Assembly: GCA_963715195.1 (NCBI GenBank)
Contig: CAVQRT010000002.1
Span: 160,001 to 224,000 of the forward strand
Reading direction: 5' to 3'
From: Thermodesulfovibrionales bacterium
Lineage (GTDB): Bacteria > Nitrospirota > Thermodesulfovibrionia > Thermodesulfovibrionales > SM23-35
Length of the DNA: 64,000 bases
Shown: positions 28,494-38,782 of the stretch, piece by piece
How positions within the stretch are numbered: position 1 is the stretch's first letter
Layout: the number at the start of each line of letters is the position of its first letter
Translations under genes and position numbers: made by a program
Notes under the pieces: model-generated
Told to the model about the DNA's origin: nothing
The model's input: the letters and a program-made list of their open reading frames with translations, nothing else
Database searches by the model: none

Positions 28494-28952
28494 ATGAGTG
28501 GAAACATCCGGAATATCCTTATTGCAGTCGACGAATCAGAAAACGCAAAACGCGCCGTGATATATGTGAAAGATCTGCTCGCCGGATTACCGGGCTTTCA
28601 TATTACCATCACGACCATAATCCCCCGGCCTCCGGAAGATTATTTCATTACAGAACAAGAAAAAAACGACTGGATCGAACATCAGAACAAAACAGCCCGG
28701 GGTATCCTAGAAGATTATCGCCAGATATTCATTCAAGCTGATTTCCGGGAAGAAGACGTGGTATCGCATCTGGTTATGAGAGAGTGTACATCACTTGCTG
28801 AATGCATTCTCGATGAACAAAAAAGCCTTTCCTGCGGAACAGTTGTCATCGGACGGCGGGGCATATCAAGGAAAGAGGAATTCATATTCGGAAGCACCTC
28901 CAGCAAGATCCTGCATACAGCCAAGGACTGCTCCGTTTGGGTAATAGAATAG
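28494..28952 (+). CDS. Universal stress protein (UspA family)
   Basis: NILIAVDESENAKRA and VVIGRRG...FGSTSSKILH...VWVI. Confidence 0.93.
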   Translation: MSGNIRNILIAVDESENAKRAVIYVKDLLAGLPGFHITITTIIPRPPEDYFITEQEKNDWIEHQNKTARGILEDYRQIFIQADFREEDVVSHLVMRECTSLAECILDEQKSLSCGTVVIGRRGISRKEEFIFGSTSSKILHTAKDCSVWVIE

Positions 28953-29103
28953 AAACAGCAGATTCCGGGGATTCGTGGAAGCAGGAGCCGGGGACGTATT
29001 TTTCAGATACGGTATATTTATGATATCCTTAGTATGGTGGTGTTCGACGCTTGGTGCCTTTTCACGCTTGAAAAATGAAATAACTCTCTGTTAAGCTTTT
29101 TGA

Positions 29104-29529
29104 ATGTCTGAGGAGCCTACGAAGGCAGGATTGCTTGTCAGGACTGTCGCAAAGATCCTCGATTTCATTATCATAGCAGCTGCAGCAGAAATAGTACCAA
29201 AAGCCGGATTCTATGCAGGATTAACCTATCTCCTGATAGGAGACAGCCTGTTTGACGGAAAAAGCTTGGGGAAAAAACTCGTGGGAATCAGTGTTATCTC
29301 GACGGTATCCCAGAAACCCTGTACCATCAGAGATTCCATAATAAGAAACAGCATATTCGGAGTTGGGTATTTTTTTTCAAGAATAATCTGGTTTGGATGG
29401 ATTTTTGTCGTGCTGGTTGCAGTGTTTGAATTCATTATGATGCTTGGGAATAAAGACCATATGCGGCTTGGTGACGAAATGGCAAAAACGCTGGTTCTCG
29501 ACAGCGCCCGGGTAAAACAGGAGGAATAA
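29104..29529 (+). CDS. RDD family membrane protein
   Basis: [33 protein letters not shown]. Confidence 0.88.
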   Translation: MSEEPTKAGLLVRTVAKILDFIIIAAAAEIVPKAGFYAGLTYLLIGDSLFDGKSLGKKLVGISVISTVSQKPCTIRDSIIRNSIFGVGYFFSRIIWFGWIFVVLVAVFEFIMMLGNKDHMRLGDEMAKTLVLDSARVKQEE

Positions 29530-30563
29530 TGTTTTTCCATAAAGTACTCGGATTGTTTTCGAACGATCTTGCAATAGATCTCGGGACGGCCAATACCCTC
29601 GTATTCGTAAAAGGCAAGGGGATTGTCTGCAATGAACCCTCTGTTGTCGTACTGCGAAAGGACAACAAGAAACCGGTAGCTGTCGGCGCCGAAGCGAAAA
29701 GGATGCTCGGGAAGACCCCTGCGAACATAATCGCCATCCGGCCCATGAAAGACGGGGTAATCGCCGATTTTGATGCCACCGGGGAAATGCTGAAATATTT
29801 CATAACAAAGGTCCATAACAGGAGAAGCTTTGTTTCCCCGAGAGTAATCATCGGGGTGCCTTCCGGGATCACACAGGTTGAACAGCGGGCTGTCAAAGAT
29901 GCTGCCCAGGTTTCCGGAGCTCGCGAGGTATACCTGATAGGAGAGCCGATGGCTGCAGCAATAGGTGTTGGGCTCCCTGTCGGTGAACCTTCGGGTAATA
30001 TGATCGTCGATATCGGTGGCGGTACTACGGATGTCGCTGTAATCTCACTGGACGGCGTTGTTTACAGCAAGGCTGTCCGCGTTGGCGGCGACAAGATGGA
30101 TGACGCAATCATGGCGTTCATTAAGCGGAGATACAACCTTATGATCGGGGACATGACCTCAGAGCTGATAAAAATAAATTTAGGATCCGTCTATAAAGCA
30201 GAGGGCAGTGAGCAGCTGTCCATGGAGATCAAGGGAAGGGACCTCATTTCAGGCATACCGAAGACCCTGACCATTAATGAAGCGGAAATCAGGGAGGCCC
30301 TCACCGAACCGGTCAATGTCATTCTCGATACTATTAAGGTAGTTCTTGAAAATACACCTCCTGAACTGGCCTCCGATATCGTTGATAGAGGCATCATACT
30401 TGCTGGTGGAGGAGCTCTCCTGAAAGGGCTCGATCAGCTCATCCGGCAGGAAACCGGCCTCCCTGTCTTCATTGCAGACGATCCTCTCACTGCCATCGTA
30501 CGCGGTGTCGGCAAGATGCTCGATGAAATCGATCTCCTCAGAAGAGTAGCCATTAATCTGTAA
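29529..30563 (+). CDS. mreB: Rod shape-determining protein MreB
   Basis: [35 protein letters not shown]. Confidence 0.98.
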   Translation: MFFHKVLGLFSNDLAIDLGTANTLVFVKGKGIVCNEPSVVVLRKDNKKPVAVGAEAKRMLGKTPANIIAIRPMKDGVIADFDATGEMLKYFITKVHNRRSFVSPRVIIGVPSGITQVEQRAVKDAAQVSGAREVYLIGEPMAAAIGVGLPVGEPSGNMIVDIGGGTTDVAVISLDGVVYSKAVRVGGDKMDDAIMAFIKRRYNLMIGDMTSELIKINLGSVYKAEGSEQLSMEIKGRDLISGIPKTLTINEAEIREALTEPVNVILDTIKVVLENTPPELASDIVDRGIILAGGGALLKGLDQLIRQETGLPVFIADDPLTAIVRGVGKMLDEIDLLRRVAINL

Positions 30564-31345
30564 TGAACAGGAAAAGGCTTCTGCTTTTTCTGTTCATCCT
30601 CGGTTCGCTCGGCATCATGACATACCAAAGCAACCGGCCTCCCATCCTGCCACTCACATTTCTTACGAATGCCCTGAACGGATTTTATTCTGCAAAAGAA
30701 TCTGTTCAGGAATTCATCAGCGCCCCGTTTAGAAGGATGCTCCTCAGAGAGCAGGAAAACAGAAAGCTGAGATCCGAGCTGTCAAACTTGCTCAAAGAAC
30801 AACAGGCATGGCAGGAAGCATTCCGTGAAAACCAGAAACTCAGGTCACTGCTCACACTAAGGGAAAAGGAACAGCACTATGTCACGACCGCACGCGTCGT
30901 AGCCCGGGGAACGGATCAATGGTCAAATACGTTTGTTCTCGACAAAGGCCTCGCAGACGGCATCAAAAAGGATATGATCGCGATAACAGACAAAGGCCTC
31001 GTAGGAAAAATCGCCGATGCGTCTCATTCCTATGCATATCTGCTTCTCCTCACCGATATAAACTTCTCGGCAGCCGCGCGACTTCAGGAAAGCAGGACCG
31101 AAGGGGTTCTTTCAGGTACCGGATTCAGGACATGCCAGTTAAAATACATCCCGTATGATGAAGACTTGAAAGAGAGAGCCATCATAGTCACATCCGGGCT
31201 CGATTCCCTGTTTCCGGCAGGGATACCATTAGGATACATATCAAAAGTGAGCAAAAGAGAAAGCGGTATCTTCCAGTACATAGAAGTTATCCCCTTCGTT
31301 GACAACACCAAAACAGAAGTAGTAGCGATCATCAGGAGAACGTGA
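30563..31345 (+). CDS. mreC: Rod shape-determining protein MreC
   Basis: TM, coiled coil, DKG..DGI, GLVGKI, TSGLDSLFPAGIPLG. Confidence 0.95.
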   Translation: MNRKRLLLFLFILGSLGIMTYQSNRPPILPLTFLTNALNGFYSAKESVQEFISAPFRRMLLREQENRKLRSELSNLLKEQQAWQEAFRENQKLRSLLTLREKEQHYVTTARVVARGTDQWSNTFVLDKGLADGIKKDMIAITDKGLVGKIADASHSYAYLLLLTDINFSAAARLQESRTEGVLSGTGFRTCQLKYIPYDEDLKERAIIVTSGLDSLFPAGIPLGYISKVSKRESGIFQYIEVIPFVDNTKTEVVAIIRRT

Positions 31346-31791
31346 AATACCTTCTCTGGGCAGGAGTAACTTTTTTGATATTCGGTATTCAGGGAAGCAT
31401 ATCGTTCTTTGATATTACCCCGAACTTCACCGTAATTTTGGCCTGCTACGCAGGCATCCGCGGAGGAGAGGGCAAAGGGCTCTTCTTCGGCTCCCTGATC
31501 GGCATTGCCGAAGACAGTCTCTCCGGCGCCCTTCTCGGACCACATCTGTTAAGCAAGGGCCTGATCGGTTACCTCTCCGCCTTTTTATACAGTAAGCTTT
31601 TTGTCTGGACCCCTGTGCTGGGGATATTCACCGTTATAGTCCTCACTATCGTTGACGGGATCATCGTTTATACGGCACGGAGCGTTTTTGGCACGATGCC
31701 CGCAGGTATCGGCGCGGCGGCTTTCATCATCGCTATCCAATCCCTCTTCAATGCTCCGGTAGGAATATTTTTGAAAAAAAAGCAGGAGTAG
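31342..31791 (+). CDS. mreD: Rod shape-determining protein MreD
   Basis: Very hydrophobic 149-aa protein with PN and G..ED motifs, between mreC and mrdA. Confidence 0.88.
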   Translation: MKYLLWAGVTFLIFGIQGSISFFDITPNFTVILACYAGIRGGEGKGLFFGSLIGIAEDSLSGALLGPHLLSKGLIGYLSAFLYSKLFVWTPVLGIFTVIVLTIVDGIIVYTARSVFGTMPAGIGAAAFIIAIQSLFNAPVGIFLKKKQE

Positions 31792-31856
31792 GAACAGATA
31801 ACGGCAAATGCTGCAAGAAAAATGTCCGCCTTTTTTCATAATGGAATGCATCGCTG

Positions 31857-33620
31857 ATGAACACACAGGGTGAATCCGAGAAAATCTCTGTAATCAGTTA
31901 CTTCGTGATCGCTGCGTTCCTTTTGCTGATCATGAGGCTCTGGCAGTTGCAGATCCTCCAGGGCGATGAATACAGAAAACTCTCAGAGGCCAACAGACTT
32001 CGGATTGTGAATATCCCGGCTCCGCGCGGCATAATCTTCGACAGAAATCATACCCCTCTTGTAAAGAATTCCGCATACTATTATGCCTCGGTAATACCCG
32101 GAGAATTTGACCAGACGAAAGTAAGCTCTCTTGCAAGCATTCTGGAGCTTCCTGCTGAAGAGATATATGCACGGATAAACATATCAGGGGCAAGTCCGAT
32201 CGTTCCGGTGAGGCTGAAGCAAGGGCTATCTCTCGAGGAAATTGCTTATATCGAGGCGCGGAAATCTGATTTCCCCGGACTTATGATCGAAGCCGAGGTA
32301 AGCAGAGAATACCCTTACGGCGACCTCGGTTCCCACCTTATCGGGTATCTCGGTAAACCAGGTCCTACCCAGTTAGAGGACCCCGGTTTTCGGGACGTTC
32401 CTCCGGACATGTTTGTCGGCCAATGGGGGATCGAGAAACTCTTTGATCAGTCCCTGAGAGGCATTCCCGGAAAGCGGGTCATCGAAGTCAACGCCCTCGG
32501 CAGGCAGTTACGCATGTTGCAGGAGATACCTCCGTCAAAGGGGAATGACATAACAATCAGTATCGACCTGAATCTTCAGCAAGAAGCGGAAAAAGCGTTC
32601 GGAGACAGAGCCGGGGCCCTCGTTGCCATGAAACCCGATACCGGAGAGCTGCTGGGAATGATCAGCAAGCCTTCATTTGATCCTAACCTGTTTACGAGAG
32701 GAATGAGCCATGAACAATGGATGGCCATCACCGCAGACAGAAAAAATCCAATGCTGAACAGGGCGCTGCAGAGTCAGTATCCGCCGGGATCGACTTTCAA
32801 AATTGTGACTGCTCTCGCGGGGCTTGAGACGGGTGCAATCAATCCTGATATGAAAGTTGACTGCAGGGGTGGTATCAGGTTAGGCAACCGTCATTTTGGC
32901 TGCTGGCGACGGGAGGGGCATGGAGTGGTTTCCCTCCACAGGGCAATCGTTGAGTCATGTGACGTGTACTTTTATGAAGTCGGCAGACGCCTTGGCATAG
33001 ACAGGATTTACGATTATGCGACCCGTCTCGGTTTGGGGAAAAAGACAGGAATTGAGCTCGGAGAAGAGCGTCAGGGACTGATCCCGAACACGGCATGGAA
33101 AAAAGAAACCAGAAAGCTCCCTTGGTTCCCCGGAGAAACGCTAAACGCAGCCATAGGCCAGGGATATGTCGCGGTAACACCGATACAGCTGGCATTTTTG
33201 ACGGGTGCCGTTGCCAACAACGGAACACTTTATCACCCGGGCTTGATAAAAAATCAGGAACCGCTTGTCGCAGGAAAGCTGACGGCAAACACTGAAAATC
33301 TCGAGATCATCAAAAAAGGTCTTTTTGGGGTTGTCAATGAACATTCGGGAACAGGCTGGGCCGCAAAATCATCCCTTACCACCGTTTGCGGGAAGACAGG
33401 CACAGCCCAGGTCGTAGGTTACCGGAAAGGGATGTCGGCCCAGTCCGAGCGGTTCAGGGACCACGCGTGGTTTGTCGCATTTGCACCTGATGAAAACCCT
33501 GAAATCGCCCTTGCCGTCATTGTTGAGCATGGCGGGCATGGTGGAGCCGCAGCTGCACCGATAGCAAAAATCGCGATTGAAGCATACATGAAGCCGAAGG
33601 AGTCCCTTGACCTTCAGTAG
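31857..33620 (+). CDS. mrdA: Penicillin-binding protein 2
   Basis: APRGIIFDRN, YPPGSTFK, SCDVYFY, KTGTAQ, DHAWF. Confidence 0.96.
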   Translation: MNTQGESEKISVISYFVIAAFLLLIMRLWQLQILQGDEYRKLSEANRLRIVNIPAPRGIIFDRNHTPLVKNSAYYYASVIPGEFDQTKVSSLASILELPAEEIYARINISGASPIVPVRLKQGLSLEEIAYIEARKSDFPGLMIEAEVSREYPYGDLGSHLIGYLGKPGPTQLEDPGFRDVPPDMFVGQWGIEKLFDQSLRGIPGKRVIEVNALGRQLRMLQEIPPSKGNDITISIDLNLQQEAEKAFGDRAGALVAMKPDTGELLGMISKPSFDPNLFTRGMSHEQWMAITADRKNPMLNRALQSQYPPGSTFKIVTALAGLETGAINPDMKVDCRGGIRLGNRHFGCWRREGHGVVSLHRAIVESCDVYFYEVGRRLGIDRIYDYATRLGLGKKTGIELGEERQGLIPNTAWKKETRKLPWFPGETLNAAIGQGYVAVTPIQLAFLTGAVANNGTLYHPGLIKNQEPLVAGKLTANTENLEIIKKGLFGVVNEHSGTGWAAKSSLTTVCGKTGTAQVVGYRKGMSAQSERFRDHAWFVAFAPDENPEIALAVIVEHGGHGGAAAAPIAKIAIEAYMKPKESLDLQ

Positions 33621-33641
33621 CAGCGCACTTATTATAGAAAC

Positions 33642-34547
33642 ATGGGTATTCTGCAATGCATAGGCAACACCCCTCTTGCCTGTATTGATTCAAATCCAAA
33701 CCCGAAGGTACAAGTGTATGCAAAGCTCGAGGGCAACAATCCCGGGGGTTCTATCAAGGACAGGATCGCCCTTTTCATGATAGAGACTGCCGAGAGGGAA
33801 AACAGACTTACCCGGGACAAGATAATCCTTGAAGCCACTTCAGGGAATACCGGAATCGGCCTAGCGATGGTCGCTTCGGCAAAAAAATACCGGGTAAAGC
33901 TCACGATGCCGTCATGTGTCAGTATAGAGAGAAGAAGAATTCTTGAGGCATTCGGTGCAGAATTGATATTGAGCCCTTCTAACGAGGGCACAGACGGGGC
34001 CATCAGACTGGCACACAGGATTCTCTCAGAGGACCCCGAGAGATATTTCATGCCGAACCAGTTTGATAATAAAGCAAATGTTCTGGCTCACTACGAAACA
34101 ACCGGTAGGGAAATCATCGAACAGACCAGGGGAAGAATCACCCACTTTGTCGCGGGGATGGGGACGACGGGAACCCTTATGGGAGTGGGCAAGAGACTGA
34201 AGGAGCTCAATAAAGAGATAAAGATCATAGGCGTTGAACCGGTGCATCATCACAGAATTCAGGGCCTGAAGAATATGTCCGAATCAATCAGGCCAAAGAT
34301 TTTCGATGAGAGCAGACTTGATGAGAAACGTACCGTAAACGATGAGGAAGCCTTTGATACAACACGGATACTTGCGATTAAGGAGGGAATCTTTGTCGGC
34401 ATGTCCAGCGGGGCAGCCATGCATATCGCGTTACAGAAATCGAGCGAGATCAGGGAAGGAGTCATCGTCGTCATCCTGCCGGACAGGGGAGACCGTTATC
34501 TCTCCACCTCTCTGTTTACCTCTGTCTGCGCAAAGTGCCCGCCATAA
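33642..34547 (+). CDS. cysM: Cysteine synthase (CysM/CysK family, PLP)
   Basis: IGNTPL, KLEGNNPGGSIKDR, EATSGNTG, GMGTTGT, PDRGDRYLST; C-terminal CAKCPP tail. Confidence 0.85.
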   Translation: MGILQCIGNTPLACIDSNPNPKVQVYAKLEGNNPGGSIKDRIALFMIETAERENRLTRDKIILEATSGNTGIGLAMVASAKKYRVKLTMPSCVSIERRRILEAFGAELILSPSNEGTDGAIRLAHRILSEDPERYFMPNQFDNKANVLAHYETTGREIIEQTRGRITHFVAGMGTTGTLMGVGKRLKELNKEIKIIGVEPVHHHRIQGLKNMSESIRPKIFDESRLDEKRTVNDEEAFDTTRILAIKEGIFVGMSSGAAMHIALQKSSEIREGVIVVILPDRGDRYLSTSLFTSVCAKCPP

Positions 34548-34553
34548 CATCCT

Positions 34554-35675
34554 ATGCTCCGCATAGACCGCAGGCTTCTCCAAAATTTTGACTGGATTAC
34601 TCTGGCCGTTGCTATTCTGATCTGTCTTGTCGGCATTATGACAATATACAGCGCCACACGACCTCTTTCAGATGAGCCTCACCTGTCTTTCTACCTGAAA
34701 CAGATTCTCTGGCTTGCTCTCGGGCTTTTTGCTCTGTTGCTGGTAGCGTGGGTTGATTACATCTGGATAGAGAGATCGTCACGGATTCTCTATATCGGGG
34801 GAATCTTTCTCCTCGTAGCAGTATTTTTCCTCGGCAGGACCGGTATGGGTGCCCAGAGATGGCTGAGCATCGGTCCCGTCTCGTTCCAGCCTTCTGAGTT
34901 TTTTAAGACCGTCTACATAATCATGCTCGCACACTATTTAAGCATTCTCAAAAGCCCGCTCGACGCAGGTTCACTCCTCAGGGTATTTTTCTTCCTAACA
35001 CTTTTCCCGTTTATTCTCCTGGTAAAGCAGCCTGATCTCGGGACAGCCCTCATAATCCTCATGATCTTCCTTTCGCTCATTATCGCACGGGGCCTGCATA
35101 AGAAAGTTGCTGTCCTTGTTATTCTTCTCAGTCTCATATCTCTTCCCTTTCTCGGGAATATTTTCTGGGAGGGTCTCAGAGATTACCAAAAAAGCAGGCT
35201 GGTTGCCTTTATCGAACCGGAGACAGATCCGACCGGCGTCGGCTATCAACTGAATCAATCAAAGATTACGGTCGGATCAGGCATGTTCCTCGGGAAGGGA
35301 TATCTGCACGGCACCCAGGGCCCATTCCGTTTTCTGCCGGAAAAACATACCGATTTTGTCTTTGCGATCTTTGCGGAAGAATGGGGGTTTTTGGGGAGTT
35401 CTATTCTCATGCTTCTCTATCTTATCCTGATTCTGCGCGGGCTTGATACAGCCCAGAAAGCTAAGGACGACTTCGGAAGGCTCCTCGCACTGGGCATTAC
35501 ATTCATGTTCCTTATGTATCTTTTCATCAATATCGGCATGACACTTGGACTGATGCCCGTCGTCGGAATACCATTGCCCTTCATCAGTTATGGCGGGACA
35601 GCCCTTCTCTCAAATCTCATTGCAGTCGGCATCCTCATCAATATCAGAACCCACCGCTTCGAACTCTTTCATTAA
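34554..35675 (+). CDS. rodA: Rod shape-determining protein RodA (SEDS)
   Basis: GAQRW, FQPSEF, QPDLGT, LPEKHTDFVF, PLPFISYGG. Confidence 0.96.
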   Translation: MLRIDRRLLQNFDWITLAVAILICLVGIMTIYSATRPLSDEPHLSFYLKQILWLALGLFALLLVAWVDYIWIERSSRILYIGGIFLLVAVFFLGRTGMGAQRWLSIGPVSFQPSEFFKTVYIIMLAHYLSILKSPLDAGSLLRVFFFLTLFPFILLVKQPDLGTALIILMIFLSLIIARGLHKKVAVLVILLSLISLPFLGNIFWEGLRDYQKSRLVAFIEPETDPTGVGYQLNQSKITVGSGMFLGKGYLHGTQGPFRFLPEKHTDFVFAIFAEEWGFLGSSILMLLYLILILRGLDTAQKAKDDFGRLLALGITFMFLMYLFINIGMTLGLMPVVGIPLPFISYGGTALLSNLIAVGILINIRTHRFELFH

Positions 35676-35743
35676 ACTGATTCCTTTTGGTATAATTTTT
35701 GTCTACCCGATCTTATACAGAACGACATAAGTCCAGCGTTGTT

Positions 35744-35837
35744 TGTCATTCCGGCTTGGCCGGAATCTTTCTGTAGAAGAAGGATTTCCGACTTCTCTCA
35801 TTCCGAAAGTGTCAGGGATGGGATTGAGGAAATGACA
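35744..35837. repeat. REP-like palindromic element (GTCATTCCGG family)
   Basis: TGTCATTCCGGCTTGGCCGGAATC...GATTTCCGAC...GGAAATGACA, with internal palindromes and TGTCATT/AATGACA termini. Confidence 0.65.
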
Positions 35838-35892
35838 TATACATACTGTCTTTATGTATATTATCGAACATGTTAGTGCTTTCTTGTTTACA

Positions 35893-35969
35893 GGCGGCGT
35901 AGCTCAGTTGGTTAGAGCATGCGGCTCATATCCGCAGTGTCCGGGGTTCAAATCCCTGCGCCGCCACCA
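35893..35969 (+). tRNA. tRNA-Met (CAT), elongator type
   Basis: GGCGGCG acceptor stem paired with CGCCGCC, AGCTCAG..GGTTAGAGC D arm, TGCGG-CTCATAT-CCGCA anticodon arm, GTTCAAATC T loop, encoded CCA. G1-C72 pairing argues against initiator; Ile2 is not fully excluded. Confidence 0.95.
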
Positions 35970-36196
35970 ATCATTTCACCCTCTATATGGGTGCTAACAT
36001 CCACACTTGGCAAGCACATGATGAAAAATACTGATTTTTACTTGTACTGTTGTTTTTTATGGAAACTCGTCAATCAGAATGCTTATTGCTCACTTATATC
36101 GCAAGACCTGACCCTCTGATCAGCATAAAATAAGGAGACAACAACCTCTCAGGGAGGAACGATCGAGAATGACCGAAAAATAGTTTCTCTCCGGTT

Positions 36197-36391
36197 CTAT
36201 CCAAATATCTCTTTTACACGTCCTACTTCTCCACCGTCTAAACGCACCTTAATTCCATACGGATGGACAGGTGATTTCGTCAAAATATCTTTAACAATCC
36301 CCTCTGTGAGTTTCCCGGTCTGTTGGTCTCTCTTCAGTATGATTAAAACCCGCAAGCCAGGCAGTATATTGCAGCGTCTGGTTCCATCCAT
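36197..36391 (-). CDS. YwbE family protein
   Basis: MDGTRR.NI.PGL.V.I.LKRDQ.TGKLTEGIVKDILTKS..HP.GIKVRL..G.VGRV. Confidence 0.88.
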   Translation of the reverse strand: MDGTRRCNILPGLRVLIILKRDQQTGKLTEGIVKDILTKSPVHPYGIKVRLDGGEVGRVKEIFG

Positions 36392-36455
36392 ATTAAGGCT
36401 GCTCCCTAATTTTTTCTTTACAATGATACTCATCCACTTTTATGCACCCTTGTAT

Positions 36456-36935
36456 TTAATAACAGATGGATGTCACAACGAAAGAAGCTGTACCGTCAGG
36501 TCTGCGCACAATAACTTCTTCACCCTCTGTCCTGCGTAACAATGCTTTCGCCATAGGGGAATCAATACTGATAAAATTCCTGTCAGCATCAAATTCATCA
36601 GGTCCGACAATGCGATATCGGAAAACGTTCCCATCGGAATCCTCAATTTCAACCCATGCGCCAAAAAAGACTCTTGAAGTATCTTTAGGAATTCTATCCA
36701 CTACAATCAACTCGCTCAATCTCTTCGTAAGAAATCGTATACGGGAATCAATTTGTCTTAACTGCTTTTTCCCATAGATATACTCTGCGTTCTCGGAACG
36801 ATCCCCCATAGCAGCAGCCTCAGCAACCGCCTGAGTAACCTGAGGGCGTTTGATCTTCCACAGATAGGAGAGTTCCTTACTTAAATCTCTATGTCCTTCA
36901 GGTGTAATATACGGTGAGACGTTTATTTTATTCAT
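36456..36935 (-). CDS. greB: Transcription elongation factor GreB
   Basis: YITPEG, LW..KRP.VT..V..AAAMGDRSENAEYIYGKKQLRQIDSRIRFL, ISIDSPMAKALL. Confidence 0.93.
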   Translation of the reverse strand: MNKINVSPYITPEGHRDLSKELSYLWKIKRPQVTQAVAEAAAMGDRSENAEYIYGKKQLRQIDSRIRFLTKRLSELIVVDRIPKDTSRVFFGAWVEIEDSDGNVFRYRIVGPDEFDADRNFISIDSPMAKALLRRTEGEEVIVRRPDGTASFVVTSICY

Positions 36936-36937
36936 TA

Positions 36938-37259
36938 TTATTTTGGCACTTCAATATCTTCATATCCCTTACCGGATTCAGCCATTAATCGGACACGTTC
37001 CGGCTTCATTCGAATAACAACATATTGAGGTTCTGCCGGGTCTTTAATATATTTCTTAAGAATTGGAACGGCTTCATACAATTTTAACTTATCATCGTTA
37101 TTGGTACTAACAGTGCAAGGTCCGGCAATCCTAAGGTGCTTTCCCTCTCTGTCGCTGAAACAGTATTCTGCGTAAGGAACTTCCCCTATCTGCATGATTT
37201 TCTCGGTCCCATCCGTGGTTGCAGCCCACAGTTCACGGCGGCAACCGGCGTATCGTGGC
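36938..37259 (-). pseudogene. 5'-truncated pyridoxamine-5'-phosphate-oxidase-like (FMN-binding split barrel) gene
   Basis: ELWAAT...K.MQI..VP.AEYCF...HLRIAG...P.YVVIRMKPERV resembles the C-terminal two-thirds of this family. The listed start lies inside ychF and there is no independent start or RBS. Confidence 0.5.
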
Positions 37260-38339
37260 CTAAACATTAAACCTGAAATTAATAATGTCCCCGTCCTGTA
37301 CTTCATAGGATTTGCCTTCGAGCCTCAGAAGGCCTTTCTCCCTGGCAGTGTGCATACTGCCTGACACAATAAAGTCTTCATAGGAAATGACTTCTGCCCT
37401 GATAAAACCCCTCTCGATATCCGAGTGAATCTTTCCCGCCGCTATCACTGCATTCGTATTGCTCCTCACAGTCCATGCCCTCACCTCATCTTTTCCGACC
37501 GTAATAAATGATATCAGCCCGAGCAGTCTATAGCATGTTCGTATCAGTCTGTGTGAAGCCGGTTCTTCAATACCGAGTTCCCTCAGGAACGGGTCCCGTT
37601 CGTTGTCAGGAAGCTGCGATATCTCCATTTCCACTTTTCCGCAGAGGGTCAGGGTATCCGCTGATCGATAACAATGCAGGAGGGATGATTCAAGCGTCTT
37701 CGCATATTCTGCATCGTCATCCCTTTCCCCACTGTTAAGGACAATGACCTTTGGAATCGTTGACAAAAACTGCAGGTGTCTCATAGTCTTCATTTCCTCA
37801 CCGGTAAATGCAACGTCTCTCAGTGCTGTCTCTTGCAAAAGGTGATCCCTGCATTTCAGGAGCAGTCTCTTTTCCGTTTCATCAGGTTTCTTCCCGCGCT
37901 TCTTCCCTTCCTCCATGCGTTCGAGACGTGTTTCTATGAATGAGAGGTCAGAGAAGATCAGTTCGAGTTCAACCGTCTCAACGTCTCTCACCGGGTTTAT
38001 GCTTTCCATAGGATGAGCAACGGATTCATCGTAAAAGGCTCTCACCACATGGACGATGGCATCGGCGTCCTTTATGAGGTCAAAGATTTTCTTGTTCAGT
38101 TTGAGATCACCTTTCGTGAGGCCGAGATAATCGAGATACTCGATCGTTGCATACGTCGTTTTTTTCGGCCTGTAAATGCCGGACAGCGTGTCAATGTCCG
38201 CATGAGGCACCTTCACAACACCGATATTCGGCTCGCCGGAAACTGTCGGATATACCGTTGTCTCAGTATTCAGTCCCGTCAGCGCATTGAAAATAGTAGT
38301 TTTTCCTGCATTCGACAAACCAATAAGCGCAACTTTCAT
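37260..38339 (-). CDS. ychF: Redox-regulated ATPase YchF
   Basis: GLSNAGKTTIFNALT, EVRAWT, AGKIHSDIERGFIRAEV, RLEGKSYEVQDGDII.FRFNV. Confidence 0.95.
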   Translation of the reverse strand: MKVALIGLSNAGKTTIFNALTGLNTETTVYPTVSGEPNIGVVKVPHADIDTLSGIYRPKKTTYATIEYLDYLGLTKGDLKLNKKIFDLIKDADAIVHVVRAFYDESVAHPMESINPVRDVETVELELIFSDLSFIETRLERMEEGKKRGKKPDETEKRLLLKCRDHLLQETALRDVAFTGEEMKTMRHLQFLSTIPKVIVLNSGERDDDAEYAKTLESSLLHCYRSADTLTLCGKVEMEISQLPDNERDPFLRELGIEEPASHRLIRTCYRLLGLISFITVGKDEVRAWTVRSNTNAVIAAGKIHSDIERGFIRAEVISYEDFIVSGSMHTAREKGLLRLEGKSYEVQDGDIINFRFNV

Positions 38340-38782
38340 TTTTCCTCCATGTTTAGTATTAAGTTACTGCAGGGAGCCAGCTCCGGCAGCAAAATTATTA
38401 ATTATAAACGAATCATTCCAGCAAAAGCGAGCTTTCGGATAATTCCAGGGACCGATCCTGTGATTAAATTGTCATGAAGGTTGACGAATATATACGCGGG
38501 GAAGAAGGCAATCCCGGCGAATCCCTGCCCGGACTGAAATAGGGGCTACCTGAAGACCCGTTATTGTTTCATGTGGGAAAAAAAGTAGCATAGCACAACT
38601 CCAGCCTGCCTCAGCATAGTCTGATCTGTACCCAATTATTTTAAGATCTTTTGTAATCGTCATCACAGGAATCCTGTCAGAAGTATGGCAACATTGAAGT
38701 AACAATGTTTTCCTATTCTCAGGTAGTTTTTCCGCTGAAGCTCTAAAGGTAACATTGAACTGAACTATTAGGGAGGACTGTT

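Noticed and set aside
35919..36119. 66-aa ORF overlapping the tRNA
   Set aside because: It starts inside tRNA-Met and is spurious.
35893..38339. Prophage or integrative element at tRNA-Met
   Set aside because: No integrase or phage genes, and no duplicated tRNA 3' end seen in the adjacent sequence.
38340..38782. Possible riboswitch or ORF (38472..38705) in the long ychF upstream region
   Set aside because: No c-di-GMP or other aptamer consensus recognised; the ORF lacks an RBS and motifs.
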